64,000 nt of DNA from the NCBI GenBank assembly GCA_910585415.1, contig CAJUDT010000001.1:42149-106148 (forward strand), written 5' to 3'. Position 1 is the first letter of the stretch; every line of letters starts with the position of its first letter. A program made the translations under genes and the position numbers. A model generated the notes under the pieces. It did not search any database. It was given only the letters and a program-made list of their open reading frames with translations, and was not told where the DNA came from. Shown one piece after another: positions 45,685-54,960 of the stretch. The stretch comes from an uncultured Flavonifractor sp. GTDB lineage: Bacteria > Bacillota > Clostridia > Oscillospirales > Oscillospiraceae.

Positions 45685-45810
45685 CTTTGTCTTCAGGGTG
45701 GGGCGCAATTCCCCTACTGGCGGTATAGTCCGCGACCGGCTGCCTCTGGGCGGCCGCTGACTCGGTGAAACTCCGGGACCAACAGTATAGTCTGGATAAT
45801 GAGAAGATGA
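45685..45810 (+). promoter_or_regulatory. FMN riboswitch (RFN element)
   Basis: Conserved RFN blocks are present: CTTCAGGGTGGGGCGCAATTCCCCTACTGGCGGTATAGTCCGCGACC ... GGTGAAACTCCGGGACCAACAGTATAGTCTGGATAATGAGAAG. P1 closes by TCTTC/GAAGA pairing. It lies upstream of a riboflavin transporter gene. Confidence 0.9.
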
Positions 45811-45860
45811 ATGCGGCAAAACCGTACCATGTTGTGGTGCGCTTCTTTGTCGCCCGTTCG

Positions 45861-45893
45861 CCTGGAGGAAGTCAAAGCGCTCCAGGTGTTTTC
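45861..45893 (+). terminator. candidate riboswitch expression-platform terminator
   Basis: CCTGGAG-12 nt loop-CTCCAGG followed by TGTTTTC, located between the aptamer and the ribU RBS. Confidence 0.4.
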
Positions 45894-45936
45894 GGGCCTT
45901 GCAAAGAGGCGCATTTTGTATGTGGAGGTTTTGTAC

Positions 45937-46611
45937 ATGAAACGAGAACGACTCCGCCGCCTGACGATGGCGGCACTGTGCGGCGCGGTGGCCTTTGTGC
46001 TGATGTATTTCAGCTTTTCCGTGCCCGTGCTCTCCCCCTTTGCCGAGTTCGACCTGTCCGCCCTGCCGGAAATGATTGGCGGCTTCATCCTGGGGCCGGT
46101 GGGGGCCATTGAAATCATTGTCATTAAAATTGCCCTCAAGCTGTTGCTCAAGGGCAGCAGCTCCCTGCTCACCGGGGAAATCCTGAACTTCATTCTAAGT
46201 CTGGCCTATGTACTCCCCGCCCTGCTCTACTACCGCCGGCACCGGACAAAGAAGGGCGCAATCATCGGTCTGGCTCTGGGTACGCTCATCTGCGTGGTGA
46301 TTTCTGTCTTTGGCAATATCTACCTGACCTTCCCCCTGTTTATCAAGCTCTATGGAATGAATTGGGAGAACATTATCTCGGCCTGCTCGGCGGTCAACCC
46401 CTGGATTAAAGACATCCCCACCATGATTGCCTTTTCCATCGTCCCCTTCAACCTGCTTTCCAGGTCGATCACTTCTCTGCTCACCTTCCTGGTTTACAAA
46501 AAACTCAGTGTCCCCATTAAAAAACTCATTCAAGAACAAGGAGGAACCGAAGATGAACTTCAGCGCGGACAAAGCTCTGACCTTCCCACAGGCAGTGGCA
46601 CTCATGTTTGA
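45937..46611 (+). CDS. ribU: riboflavin transporter, ECF-type S component
   Basis: Start MKRERLRRLTMAALCGAVAFVLMYF at 45937 (GGAGG 8 nt upstream). It has 5-6 TM helices and the RibU-like pattern (AEFDLSALPEMIGGFILGP). It sits behind the FMN riboswitch. Confidence 0.85.
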   Translation: MKRERLRRLTMAALCGAVAFVLMYFSFSVPVLSPFAEFDLSALPEMIGGFILGPVGAIEIIVIKIALKLLLKGSSSLLTGEILNFILSLAYVLPALLYYRRHRTKKGAIIGLALGTLICVVISVFGNIYLTFPLFIKLYGMNWENIISACSAVNPWIKDIPTMIAFSIVPFNLLSRSITSLLTFLVYKKLSVPIKKLIQEQGGTEDELQRGQSSDLPTGSGTHV

Positions 46612-47038
46612 CAAGCTGGGCGACTGGAAAATCATGGCTCTGGCCAGCTCGGTAAACGACTATGTGATGGTACGCAATGTGAGCTGCCTGTTTTACGACA
46701 ACAAGGTGTGGTTTAAGACCGACAAGAATTTCCGCAAAACCCAGCAGCTCTACCAAAATCCCCATGTGGCTCTGTGCTGGAGCGGCGTACAGATTGAGGG
46801 CGTCGCGGAAAATAAGGGTCTGGTGGTGGACGAGCCCGGCCGGAAATTTGAGGGCCTGTACAAGCAGCACCTCTGGGGGAGCTATAACAAATACTCCCAC
46901 GAGGACACCGAGATCATCATTGAGGTATCCCCCAAGTTCGTGGAGATTTGGGACACCAGCGAGGACAATTACGCCTATCAGATTTTCATCGACTTTGAGC
47001 AGGAGACTGTGGAAGTAAAGCAGTACGACCAGAAATAA
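46553..47038 (+). CDS. pyridoxamine 5'-phosphate oxidase-like FMN-binding split-barrel protein
   Basis: Start MNFSADKALTF at 46553 (AGGAGG upstream). MVRNVSCLFYDNKVWFKTDKNFRKTQQLYQNPHVALC resembles the PNPOx-like fold. The start lies 59 nt inside the ribU 3' end. Confidence 0.75.
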   Translation: MNFSADKALTFPQAVALMFDKLGDWKIMALASSVNDYVMVRNVSCLFYDNKVWFKTDKNFRKTQQLYQNPHVALCWSGVQIEGVAENKGLVVDEPGRKFEGLYKQHLWGSYNKYSHEDTEIIIEVSPKFVEIWDTSEDNYAYQIFIDFEQETVEVKQYDQK

Positions 47039-47044
47039 CACAAG

Positions 47045-47086
47045 CCGCCCGCCGCGTACGTTTTGCGCGGCGGGCGGTTTTATATT
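47045..47086. terminator. bidirectional rho-independent terminator between convergent genes
   Basis: CCGCCCGCCGCG-tacgtttt-CGCGGCGGGCGG followed by TTTTATATT. Confidence 0.75.
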
Positions 47087-50000
47087 AAACCACGGTGACC
47101 TCCAGCCGGTGTTCCCCGCTCAGGCGCGCCAGCTCCACCCCTGCCGGGAGGGGCTGGCCGTCCAGGCGGGCGGTTTTTTCTGTGCCCCGCCTGACCTCAA
47201 TATGCAGAACAGCCCGCTCCATCCGCCACACGGCGGAGAACCCCGGCCAATCCCCTGGCAAGACCGGTTCCAGGAACAGCCGCCCCGCCCGCAGGCGGAA
47301 CCCCAGCATTTCCTCCATGGCCGTGCGGTAGAACCAGCCCGCCGCCCCGGTGTACCAGCTCCAGCCGCCCCGTCCCAGGTGGGCGGGGTTGGCGTAGACG
47401 TCGGCAGCAATGACATAGGGCTCCGCCCGGTAAACTGTGGGGTCCTTCCGCTCCGGCAGGAGGGCAGCTAAAATCTCCCGCCCCTCCTCCGGCATATCCA
47501 GCCGAAAACACGCCAGCGCCAGCCACACGGCGGCGTGGGTGTACTGTCCGCCATTCTCCCGGACTCCGGGGACATAGCCCTGGATATACCCCGGGTCCTG
47601 TTCTCCCCCGTCGAAGGGCGGGTCGAAGAGCTTCACCACTCCGGCCGAGCGGTCAAAGAGGCGGTCCAGGGCGGCGCGTACCGCTGGACGGGCCTGCTCC
47701 CGGTCCCCGGCCAATGCCGCCCAGCTCTGGGCAATGGAGTCGATTTGACACTGTTCGTTTTCCCGGCTTCCCAGGGGTGTGCCGTCATCGTAGTACCCCC
47801 GCCGGAACCACGCCCCATCCCAGGCGGCAGCGGCGGCTTGGCGCAGCCCCTGAGCGGCATCCCGATACCGCTGGGCCCGCTCCTGCTCCCCCACCTGCTC
47901 ACAGACCGGGGCAAAGCGCTCCAGAACACAGGCCCCGAACCAGCTCAACCACACGCTCTCCCCGCGGCCCGCCTGGCCCACCCGGTCCATACCGTCGTTC
48001 CAATCTCCTGTACCCATGAGGGCCAGGCCGTGCTCGCCCGTTCCCCGCTCCAGAAAGCACTCAACCGTCCGGAGGGCGTGTTGATAAACGCTTCCCATTT
48101 CCGAGGAAATTTTGGGCTGCTCATAGCGCTCCCGCTCCTCCGGCCTCAGGGGCGGGGCCTCCAGGAAGGGAACGGTTTCCTCCAAAATGTCCCAGTCCCC
48201 CCGCTGCTCCAGATAGTCGCACAAAAGGAAGGGGAGCCACAACAAATCATCGCTGATGCGGGTGCGGACGCCCTTGCCCGCCTGCGCCTCTTCTCCTTCC
48301 GGTGGGTCGTGCCACCAGTGCTGAACGTCCCCCTCCTGGAATTGGTGGGCGCAGGCCCGCAAAAGCTGTTCCCTGGCCGGGAGCCCATCGGTGAGCAGCA
48401 GGGCTCCCACGTCCTGGAGCTGGTCCCGAAAGCCGTAAGCCCCACCGTTTTGATAGCGGGAGGTCCGCCCCATCAGACGGCAGGCAACGACCTGATACAG
48501 ACACCAGCCGTTGAGATAGCGGTCCAGGGCCGGGTCCGGTGTGCGGACTTTTAGGGAGGATACCCGGCGGTTCCAGTACATCACCGTTCGATTTAACTCC
48601 TTCTGGGCCTCCTGGACGGACACAAACGCGTCCTCCAAATCGGGCCCGGTGGACAGAGCACACACCCCGTCCATGGTGTAAAGCTGTTCTCCTTTTCCAT
48701 CTATCCGGTGCACCAGCTCGCAGGGCTCCCCGCTCCAGTCCACCAGCAAAACCCTCGCCTCCCGGCCAATGGGCACAAAGGCGGTGGTGGTGATGGTGTA
48801 CTCCCCCCAGGTCTTGGTCCACCGGGCGAAGCCGGGGCCGTAGGCTACCCGGCACTCCAGCCCGTCCCCGCTGGCAAACAGGGACCGCCGCTCCCCCTGC
48901 CGCAGCAGAAAGAAGCGCTCCGGTCCGCCCACCGCCAGGGGGTCGTTATTCCAGGCGGTCAGGGGGTGTTCGCGGGCGTTCCCCTGCCACAGGTGGCCGC
49001 ACCCGGTTTCGTCCACCATCCACCCCATGCTTCCGTTGGTGAGCATCTGGCTCCACCCCACCGGCGGCAGCTGCGGACCGCAGTGGAACACAAAGGCCCC
49101 CTCAGGACTGTGCTCCCACAGGGGCACGCCTGGTTTCCGTGTTACATGATGTTCCTGTCCGGCGCCGCTCTCCCAGTGAAATGCAGGCCAAGGCTCTCCC
49201 AGCACAACCGCCGCACCCTCCAACACCGCCTCCGCCGGGCCGGTCAGGTGAACGCCGCCTCTGGCCCCCAGCATGTGGTCCCAGCCGATGGCCTTCAGCG
49301 CCTCGGTGAGCATTCCGCGGGCGGGACGGCGGTAGTCTCCCCCCTCGTCCAGCAGAAGCACCAGGTCAAAGCTCCACCCCAGCTGTGTCAGCAGCCTGTG
49401 GCCGCCCAACCAGAACTGCGCCTGCCCGGCTTCCTCTTCCCCCTTCAGGGGAAGGGCGGCAAGGGGTAAATCTCCAGAAATCCCAAAGGGCCAGAGCCGC
49501 CGTTGGTCGAAGTCCGGCCTCGGAGGCTGGAACACCAGAGCGCTCAAGAGCTCAAATACCTGTAGCGTGTTTTTGCCGCTCAGTTTGCATATGCCAATCA
49601 GCCGGTCCAGCCGTACATTTTCCCGCTCATCCCCCCGCTCCAGCAGGCGGCGGGCGGAGACCACCGTTTCCTCTCCGCCCTGCCCGGCTCCCAGGGCCAA
49701 CGTAACCGTAAAGCAGTTTCCCTTGTCGGCTTTCACCGGGATGCGCAGCAACAGGCAGGGGTCCAGCACCGCCCCGGCGGAGCTCTGCGCCGGACGGGAC
49801 AAGGCCCCGTCAAGAGCCCGCAGACCCCCTCGCCCCAGGGCAAGCTCCCGGCTGGTATCGAAGAAGGCGTTCTCTGCGTCCCAGAGGACGGCCAGCGCCG
49901 GACTCCCCTCCTCTGGCCGGCGGGGGCGGCGGGTGAACACCACGCCATCCCCGGTGTGGGCGCTCTCCAGAAAGAGCTTGGAAAAGGCCGGATGGGCTAG

Positions 50001-53000
50001 GTAGTCCTCCTGCCGGGACAGAACCGGCTCCAGATAACACACCAGCTCCCCCCTCAGGGCCCCGCCGTCCTCCCGGCGGAGGGTCAGGGTCCGTACCTCT
50101 CCCCGCTCCCCCTCTGGGACGGTCAGTGTGTGGGTAAAGGACAGCCCGCCGGCATTTCCCGTCCAGACGGCTCCGCTGTCAAACCGGCTGTGTCCAGCCT
50201 CCAGGGGTACCGCCGTTTCTCCATCGTAAAACCACAGGGACAGGCCCCCCTCCGTGGTCAGCGCCATATCCCCCAGCCGGGAGCGGCTCCAGCCGTTGGC
50301 GGCGCACAAAACCGAATAGCTCCCGTTGGAAACCAGGTGGCAGGCTGGACGGCCCTGCCCTGTCCAGCGGCTTTCCCACGCAAAGCGCTCCAGCTGAAAG
50401 CGCTTGGGTTTTTCGGGCACCTCGTGGACGGCATCCTTGAGCACAGCCGCCCCTACCGGCACCTTTTCCTGCAACAGCTCCCGGAATGCCCCCATGGAGC
50501 AGTCCCGCATAAAGCGCTCCTGCATCACGCCGCCGTTGAGGGCGTTGTCAATGGACACCAGGCTCATGCCCAGATGGTGGGACATAAAGGTGCGGACCAT
50601 TTGAACGCTTCCCTCCCCCCGCTGGCGGGCCGGGGTGAAATCCAGGGCCTCATAAAGACCGTATTTCCCCTCGGCCCCCATGTCCCGCAGCAGGCGCAGA
50701 TTGCGCCCCGCCCGCCTTGGCGCCGCCAACAGCGCCAAAAAGGAGGCATAGGGCGCGACCACCAGTTCACTGTCCAGCCCCCGCTTGAGGCCCAGGCGCT
50801 GGACTCCGTGGGCCTTATACTGGTAGCTGAGGCCGGGGTCGAAGGCGTAAAAGCAGGACTCAGAGGCCCCCCAGGGGGTCTTGGTCCGGGCTCCCCGGCG
50901 CGTTTGCTCCAACAGGCAGAAGGCCAGGGATTCATACATCAAACTATTGGGCTCTATGGGCAGGAGCAGGTTGGGCATGAAATACTCAAACATGGTCCCC
51001 GTCCAGGAGGCCATCCCCCGATAATCCCCGTCCCCCACCAGCATCCGGCTCAGACGCCGCCAGTGCCGGGGGGAGACTTCCCCGCGGGCCACGGCGATAT
51101 AGCTGGTCTGTCGGGCCTCGCTGGCCATCAGGTCATACCACCCCTGGGTGTGCTCCCCCCGCGAAACATCGTAGCCGATATAGAAGAGCCTCCGCTCCCG
51201 GTCGTAGAGCTGGGCGAACCCCATCCCGTTGGAGAGGGCCTCCGCCCGCCGGGCTAACGTGTCCTCCCCCCACTCGTACAGCCCTTCCCGCAGGGCAATG
51301 AGACAGCCGCACAGGTTCCCGGAGTCCACCGTGGACACGTACTGGGGCTCCAAAGGCTGGGCGGAGGCGGTGTCGTACCAGTTGTACAGGTGTCCATGCC
51401 ACTTGGGCAGCTCTTCCAGGGTGTCCAGCATATGGGCAATGCGCTCCACCGACCCCCGGCGGGAGCAGAAATCCAGGTCCGCCGCCGCCAGACAGCTCAA
51501 CAGGGCCATGCCGATGTTGGTCGGCGAGGTCCGCCGGGCAGGACCCAAGCTGGGCTCCTCCTGCACATTGTCCGGGGGAAGCCAGTGGTCCTCCGGCCGG
51601 AGCCAGTCGGCAAAATACTGCCAGATCAGGGCCCCCTGGTGGAGCAGGAAGGCCCGGTCGGAGGCCGGAGCCCCCTGGGGCCGGTCCAGCGGGCGGCTCA
51701 TGGCCCAGGCAAAGAGGGGGGACAGGACCCAGATGAGCCCCACCGCCGCCCCCGCCGGAACCCGGGCGAAGAGCATCGCCACCACGCCTGCCGCCACAGC
51801 GGGCCACTGTTTCCGATAGTGGACGCCGTCCCCTGTCCGCTTCTCCGCGTCCGCCGCCGTCACCCAGGCCAGCAGATTTTTTCGGGAGACAAGCTGCCGC
51901 CACAGGGCCGTACCGATGGCTGAGGCGCAGGTCCAGGCGTGAATGGGCAGAAACAGGAGCTGCACCAGGGTTTGCAGCACCGCGCCGCCGAATCCGGCCA
52001 CAATGGTGGAGTGATAGCGCTCCCGCAGTCCCCTGCCCCGCCGGCAGAAGAGCTCCGCCCCGGACAGGAGCAGATTGGACGCGGCGGCAATCACCGCGCA
52101 CCCCGCCGCCGTCACAAAGACTGGCCCGGACAGACACATCCCCAGCACCAGGGCCAGCAGAGTACACACCGGAGACAGAGAGCGGCGGAGGTTGTCAAAA
52201 ATCTTCCACTTGGCCAGGGTGGGAATGGGGTTGACCTCCCTTCCCCCCGCCTGATTGCGCACCCGCCGCCGGAGCCAGGGGAGCAGCTGCCAGTCTCCCC
52301 GGACCCAGCGGTGGAGGCGGGCAAAGTAAGAGGTCACTTTATAGGGATAGCTGTCGGTAAGCTCCACGTCTCCAATGAGGCCCGCATGGAGGTAGGAGCC
52401 CTCCAACAGGTCATGGGAAAGGACCTGATTCTCTGGAAAACGGCCCTCCAGGCAGGTCAGAAAGGCATCTATGTCAAAGATACCCTTGCCCGTATAGGTC
52501 CCCTGGTCAAAGAGGTCGTGATAGACGTCGCTGGCGGTGGAGCCGTAGGGGTCCACACCCCCCTGTCCGGCAAAAATCCGGGCAAACTGGCTGCGGCTGG
52601 CGGCGTTGAGCTCCACCCCCACACGGGGCTGAAGCAGGCCATATCCAGAGACTACCACCCGCCGCCGCCGGTCCACCACCGCCCGGTTCAGGGGGTGGAG
52701 CATGGCCCCTGTCAGCTCCCGCGCCGCTCCCACGTTGAGGGCGGTGTCCGAGTCCAAAGTGATGATAAATTTTGTATTCCGCAGGGCCTTTCGGTCCCCG
52801 GCCCGGACATGGAGCCCGGTTTTTCTGCCCTTCAGCAGACGGCACAGCTCCAAAAGCGCCCCCCGCTTCCGCTCCCAGCCCAGCCAGCGCTCGTCGGCGG
52901 GCTGAAACACGGGTTTGCGGAAAAACAGATAAAAGCCCCCGCCGTAAGTTTCGTTGAGGGCGTCTATGGTGCGGGCGGCTTCCTCCACCCAGGCCCGGCG

Positions 53001-54155
53001 CTGGCTGTCCATGGGCTTGGCGCTGTCTGGCAAATCGGCCAGCAGGCCGAAGCGCAGTTCCTCCCCCGCGTCCCGGTTGGCCAGACGGTAGCGCTCCAGC
53101 AGGGCGGCATATTCCCCCCCGCTCTCCGGCCCGGTGAGCAGACCCGCGATGACGCACAAAGTTCTCCCTTCGGCTGGAATGCCCCCCTCCAGGGCCATCC
53201 GGCACACCGGCCGGGGACGGACAACGTGAACCGCCAAAAAGTCCAGGAGATTTTTTACCACATCGGAGACAGGCAGCAAAAGCAGCACCGTCACCACCCA
53301 GCTATGGAGCCAAAAGCCCAGGAGCAGCACCAAAAACAGGGTGGGCAGGACCACGGCGGCAATATACCAGCCCCCCTCCCGCTTCCCTGATTCCCGGCCC
53401 AGGGGGCGGGCAAAGAGGAAATAGCCCACATGGCGCTCCTGCCCGGTTCCCTTCTGGCACAGAGACAGAACCCGCTCCGCCGCCGTAGGCTCCGACAGGC
53501 CGTTCCGCCGGGCCAGCAGGCAGAGCCGGTCCCGGTAGCGGGCGCGGGTGTCGTCGTCCATCCTGGGGTACTCCCCCGCCGGGTCCCGGCTCAGGGCCTG
53601 CTCAATCCGGCTGTGGGACTCCAGGATTTTGGACAGGTTGGCATTGGACAGGCACCGCAGGGCGGTAAAGACCGCCCCGACAGCCTCGGCTTGACCGTCC
53701 TCCTCCAGCCGGGCGCACAGCGCCGCCAGACGGCACACCAGCTCCCCCTTCAGGGCGGGGACAAAGTAGGCCAGCTCCAGTTCTGACAAGGGGCTCACCT
53801 TCTGCACTCCCGTCAGAAAGCGGTCCAGGGCCTCCGCGTCCAGGCCCTGGGCCTGTTCCGCCAGGGTCTGGGCCAGCTTGGCCGGGTAAGGCGCTCCCCC
53901 GGCCAGACGGAAGCGGCGGGGCGCCTTGCGGAGGGTGCGCTCGGCCTCCTTCCCCTCCCGCTGGGCCAAGTACCAGTTGTCCAGCAGCCACTCCGCCGCG
54001 CCGGAGGTCTCCCCGTTTTTCCGGGCCTCCCGGTCCCGCACGGCGGAGATCTCCGCCAGCGCCCGCCGGACCCGCCGGGCCCAGGTTCTGCCGCCCCGCC
54101 GGCCCGCGGGCCTCAGCTTCTCCGCCGCCTGAGCCCCCAATTGACGAACATCCAT
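47085..54155 (-). CDS. cyclic beta-1,2-glucan synthase-like multidomain protein (GT84 + cyclisation domain + GH94)
   Basis: I preferred the start MDVRQLGAQ at 54155 (GAAGGAG 8 nt upstream); the alternative is 54206. Evidence by region: TM clusters; GT core FIITLDSDTALN and HRWVRGDWQLLPW; middle-domain motif RTSPTNIGMALLS; GH94-type RISDDLLWLPF and YTGAAGWFYR. Confidence 0.85.
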   Translation of the reverse strand: MDVRQLGAQAAEKLRPAGRRGGRTWARRVRRALAEISAVRDREARKNGETSGAAEWLLDNWYLAQREGKEAERTLRKAPRRFRLAGGAPYPAKLAQTLAEQAQGLDAEALDRFLTGVQKVSPLSELELAYFVPALKGELVCRLAALCARLEEDGQAEAVGAVFTALRCLSNANLSKILESHSRIEQALSRDPAGEYPRMDDDTRARYRDRLCLLARRNGLSEPTAAERVLSLCQKGTGQERHVGYFLFARPLGRESGKREGGWYIAAVVLPTLFLVLLLGFWLHSWVVTVLLLLPVSDVVKNLLDFLAVHVVRPRPVCRMALEGGIPAEGRTLCVIAGLLTGPESGGEYAALLERYRLANRDAGEELRFGLLADLPDSAKPMDSQRRAWVEEAARTIDALNETYGGGFYLFFRKPVFQPADERWLGWERKRGALLELCRLLKGRKTGLHVRAGDRKALRNTKFIITLDSDTALNVGAARELTGAMLHPLNRAVVDRRRRVVVSGYGLLQPRVGVELNAASRSQFARIFAGQGGVDPYGSTASDVYHDLFDQGTYTGKGIFDIDAFLTCLEGRFPENQVLSHDLLEGSYLHAGLIGDVELTDSYPYKVTSYFARLHRWVRGDWQLLPWLRRRVRNQAGGREVNPIPTLAKWKIFDNLRRSLSPVCTLLALVLGMCLSGPVFVTAAGCAVIAAASNLLLSGAELFCRRGRGLRERYHSTIVAGFGGAVLQTLVQLLFLPIHAWTCASAIGTALWRQLVSRKNLLAWVTAADAEKRTGDGVHYRKQWPAVAAGVVAMLFARVPAGAAVGLIWVLSPLFAWAMSRPLDRPQGAPASDRAFLLHQGALIWQYFADWLRPEDHWLPPDNVQEEPSLGPARRTSPTNIGMALLSCLAAADLDFCSRRGSVERIAHMLDTLEELPKWHGHLYNWYDTASAQPLEPQYVSTVDSGNLCGCLIALREGLYEWGEDTLARRAEALSNGMGFAQLYDRERRLFYIGYDVSRGEHTQGWYDLMASEARQTSYIAVARGEVSPRHWRRLSRMLVGDGDYRGMASWTGTMFEYFMPNLLLPIEPNSLMYESLAFCLLEQTRRGARTKTPWGASESCFYAFDPGLSYQYKAHGVQRLGLKRGLDSELVVAPYASFLALLAAPRRAGRNLRLLRDMGAEGKYGLYEALDFTPARQRGEGSVQMVRTFMSHHLGMSLVSIDNALNGGVMQERFMRDCSMGAFRELLQEKVPVGAAVLKDAVHEVPEKPKRFQLERFAWESRWTGQGRPACHLVSNGSYSVLCAANGWSRSRLGDMALTTEGGLSLWFYDGETAVPLEAGHSRFDSGAVWTGNAGGLSFTHTLTVPEGERGEVRTLTLRREDGGALRGELVCYLEPVLSRQEDYLAHPAFSKLFLESAHTGDGVVFTRRPRRPEEGSPALAVLWDAENAFFDTSRELALGRGGLRALDGALSRPAQSSAGAVLDPCLLLRIPVKADKGNCFTVTLALGAGQGGEETVVSARRLLERGDERENVRLDRLIGICKLSGKNTLQVFELLSALVFQPPRPDFDQRRLWPFGISGDLPLAALPLKGEEEAGQAQFWLGGHRLLTQLGWSFDLVLLLDEGGDYRRPARGMLTEALKAIGWDHMLGARGGVHLTGPAEAVLEGAAVVLGEPWPAFHWESGAGQEHHVTRKPGVPLWEHSPEGAFVFHCGPQLPPVGWSQMLTNGSMGWMVDETGCGHLWQGNAREHPLTAWNNDPLAVGGPERFFLLRQGERRSLFASGDGLECRVAYGPGFARWTKTWGEYTITTTAFVPIGREARVLLVDWSGEPCELVHRIDGKGEQLYTMDGVCALSTGPDLEDAFVSVQEAQKELNRTVMYWNRRVSSLKVRTPDPALDRYLNGWCLYQVVACRLMGRTSRYQNGGAYGFRDQLQDVGALLLTDGLPAREQLLRACAHQFQEGDVQHWWHDPPEGEEAQAGKGVRTRISDDLLWLPFLLCDYLEQRGDWDILEETVPFLEAPPLRPEERERYEQPKISSEMGSVYQHALRTVECFLERGTGEHGLALMGTGDWNDGMDRVGQAGRGESVWLSWFGACVLERFAPVCEQVGEQERAQRYRDAAQGLRQAAAAAWDGAWFRRGYYDDGTPLGSRENEQCQIDSIAQSWAALAGDREQARPAVRAALDRLFDRSAGVVKLFDPPFDGGEQDPGYIQGYVPGVRENGGQYTHAAVWLALACFRLDMPEEGREILAALLPERKDPTVYRAEPYVIAADVYANPAHLGRGGWSWYTGAAGWFYRTAMEEMLGFRLRAGRLFLEPVLPGDWPGFSAVWRMERAVLHIEVRRGTEKTARLDGQPLPAGVELARLSGEHRLEVTVV

Positions 54156-54245
54156 TGCTCCCGCTCCTTCGCTCCATTTCGGAACGGGTTTTGCCCATTC
54201 CGACATTTACTTGGAAATTTTCCCCGGTTGAGCGGGATTTATACG

Positions 54246-54280
54246 CAAAAAAGGACCGCCCCACACGTAAAGGCCGTCCT
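54246..54280 (-). terminator. rho-independent terminator after ferritin
   Basis: Minus strand reads GGACGGCC-loop-GGGCGGTCC (one mismatch) followed by TTTTTTG. A second 12-bp imperfect hairpin (ATATGGCCC...GGGCCATAT) lies at about 54300-54335. Confidence 0.45.
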
Positions 54281-54344
54281 GACAGGAATCTTATATAGTA
54301 TATGGCCCCCCACCCCAGCGGGCGGAGGGCCATATGTAAACATT

Positions 54345-54857
54345 TTACAGGCTCAGAGAGGGAGCGGAATAGGTACGGCTGGTCATTTCGCTGTTGAGCA
54401 TGTACAGACCCTTGGCATCGTCGCCGAAGAGCTCCATTTTCTTAATCATGTCCTCGGCGTTCTTCTCCTCCTCGCCCTGCTCCTTGACGAACCAATCCAG
54501 GAACTGCATGGTGCGGAAATCCTTCACACCGTAGGCCGCGTCGTAGATGGCGTGAATGAGGCTGGTCACATACCGCTCGTGCTCCAGACCGTACTTGAGT
54601 ACCTGGAGCTTGTCGTTCAAATCCTTGTCGGGCTTGGCAATGGCGCCCAGGGTCACCTTCTCGCCGTTGTTCTGGAGGTACTGCAAGAAGAGCATGGCAT
54701 GGTCCCGCTCCTCCTGGGCCTGAATCTTGTACCAGTTGGCAAAGCCATCCAAACCAATCTCGTCATAGTACAGGGCAAAGTCCAGGTACAGGTAGGCGGA
54801 ATAGAGCTCCTTGTTGACCTGATCGTTGAGCAGCTCCGCAACTTTCTTATCCAGCAT
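54345..54857 (-). CDS. ftnA: non-haem ferritin
   Basis: AAGGAG RBS. Ferroxidase-centre residues are present in ELYSAYLYLDFALYYDE ... QAQEERDHAMLFLQY. Confidence 0.93.
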   Translation of the reverse strand: MLDKKVAELLNDQVNKELYSAYLYLDFALYYDEIGLDGFANWYKIQAQEERDHAMLFLQYLQNNGEKVTLGAIAKPDKDLNDKLQVLKYGLEHERYVTSLIHAIYDAAYGVKDFRTMQFLDWFVKEQGEEEKNAEDMIKKMELFGDDAKGLYMLNSEMTSRTYSAPSLSL

Positions 54858-54904
54858 AATAACATCGTCTCCTTTATCTAAACTATTGGGGCTTTCCAGC
54901 CTTT

Positions 54905-54933
54905 AGCATACCATGGTTTTCCCACGGTTACAA
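54905..54933 (-). promoter_or_regulatory. candidate ferritin promoter
   Basis: Minus strand reads TTGTAA-17 nt-TATGCT. Confidence 0.4.
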
Positions 54934-54960
54934 GGGATAAAAACGACAAAAATTTCTCCC

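Noticed and set aside
47535-53390. Several 250-480-aa + strand ORFs (47535..48554, 50130..51257, 51939..53390) and alternate-frame minus-strand ORFs (for example 51133..52167).
   Set aside because: All lie inside the 7-kb glucan-synthase gene, which has continuous family-specific motifs in its own frame. The others are P/G/R-rich shadows.
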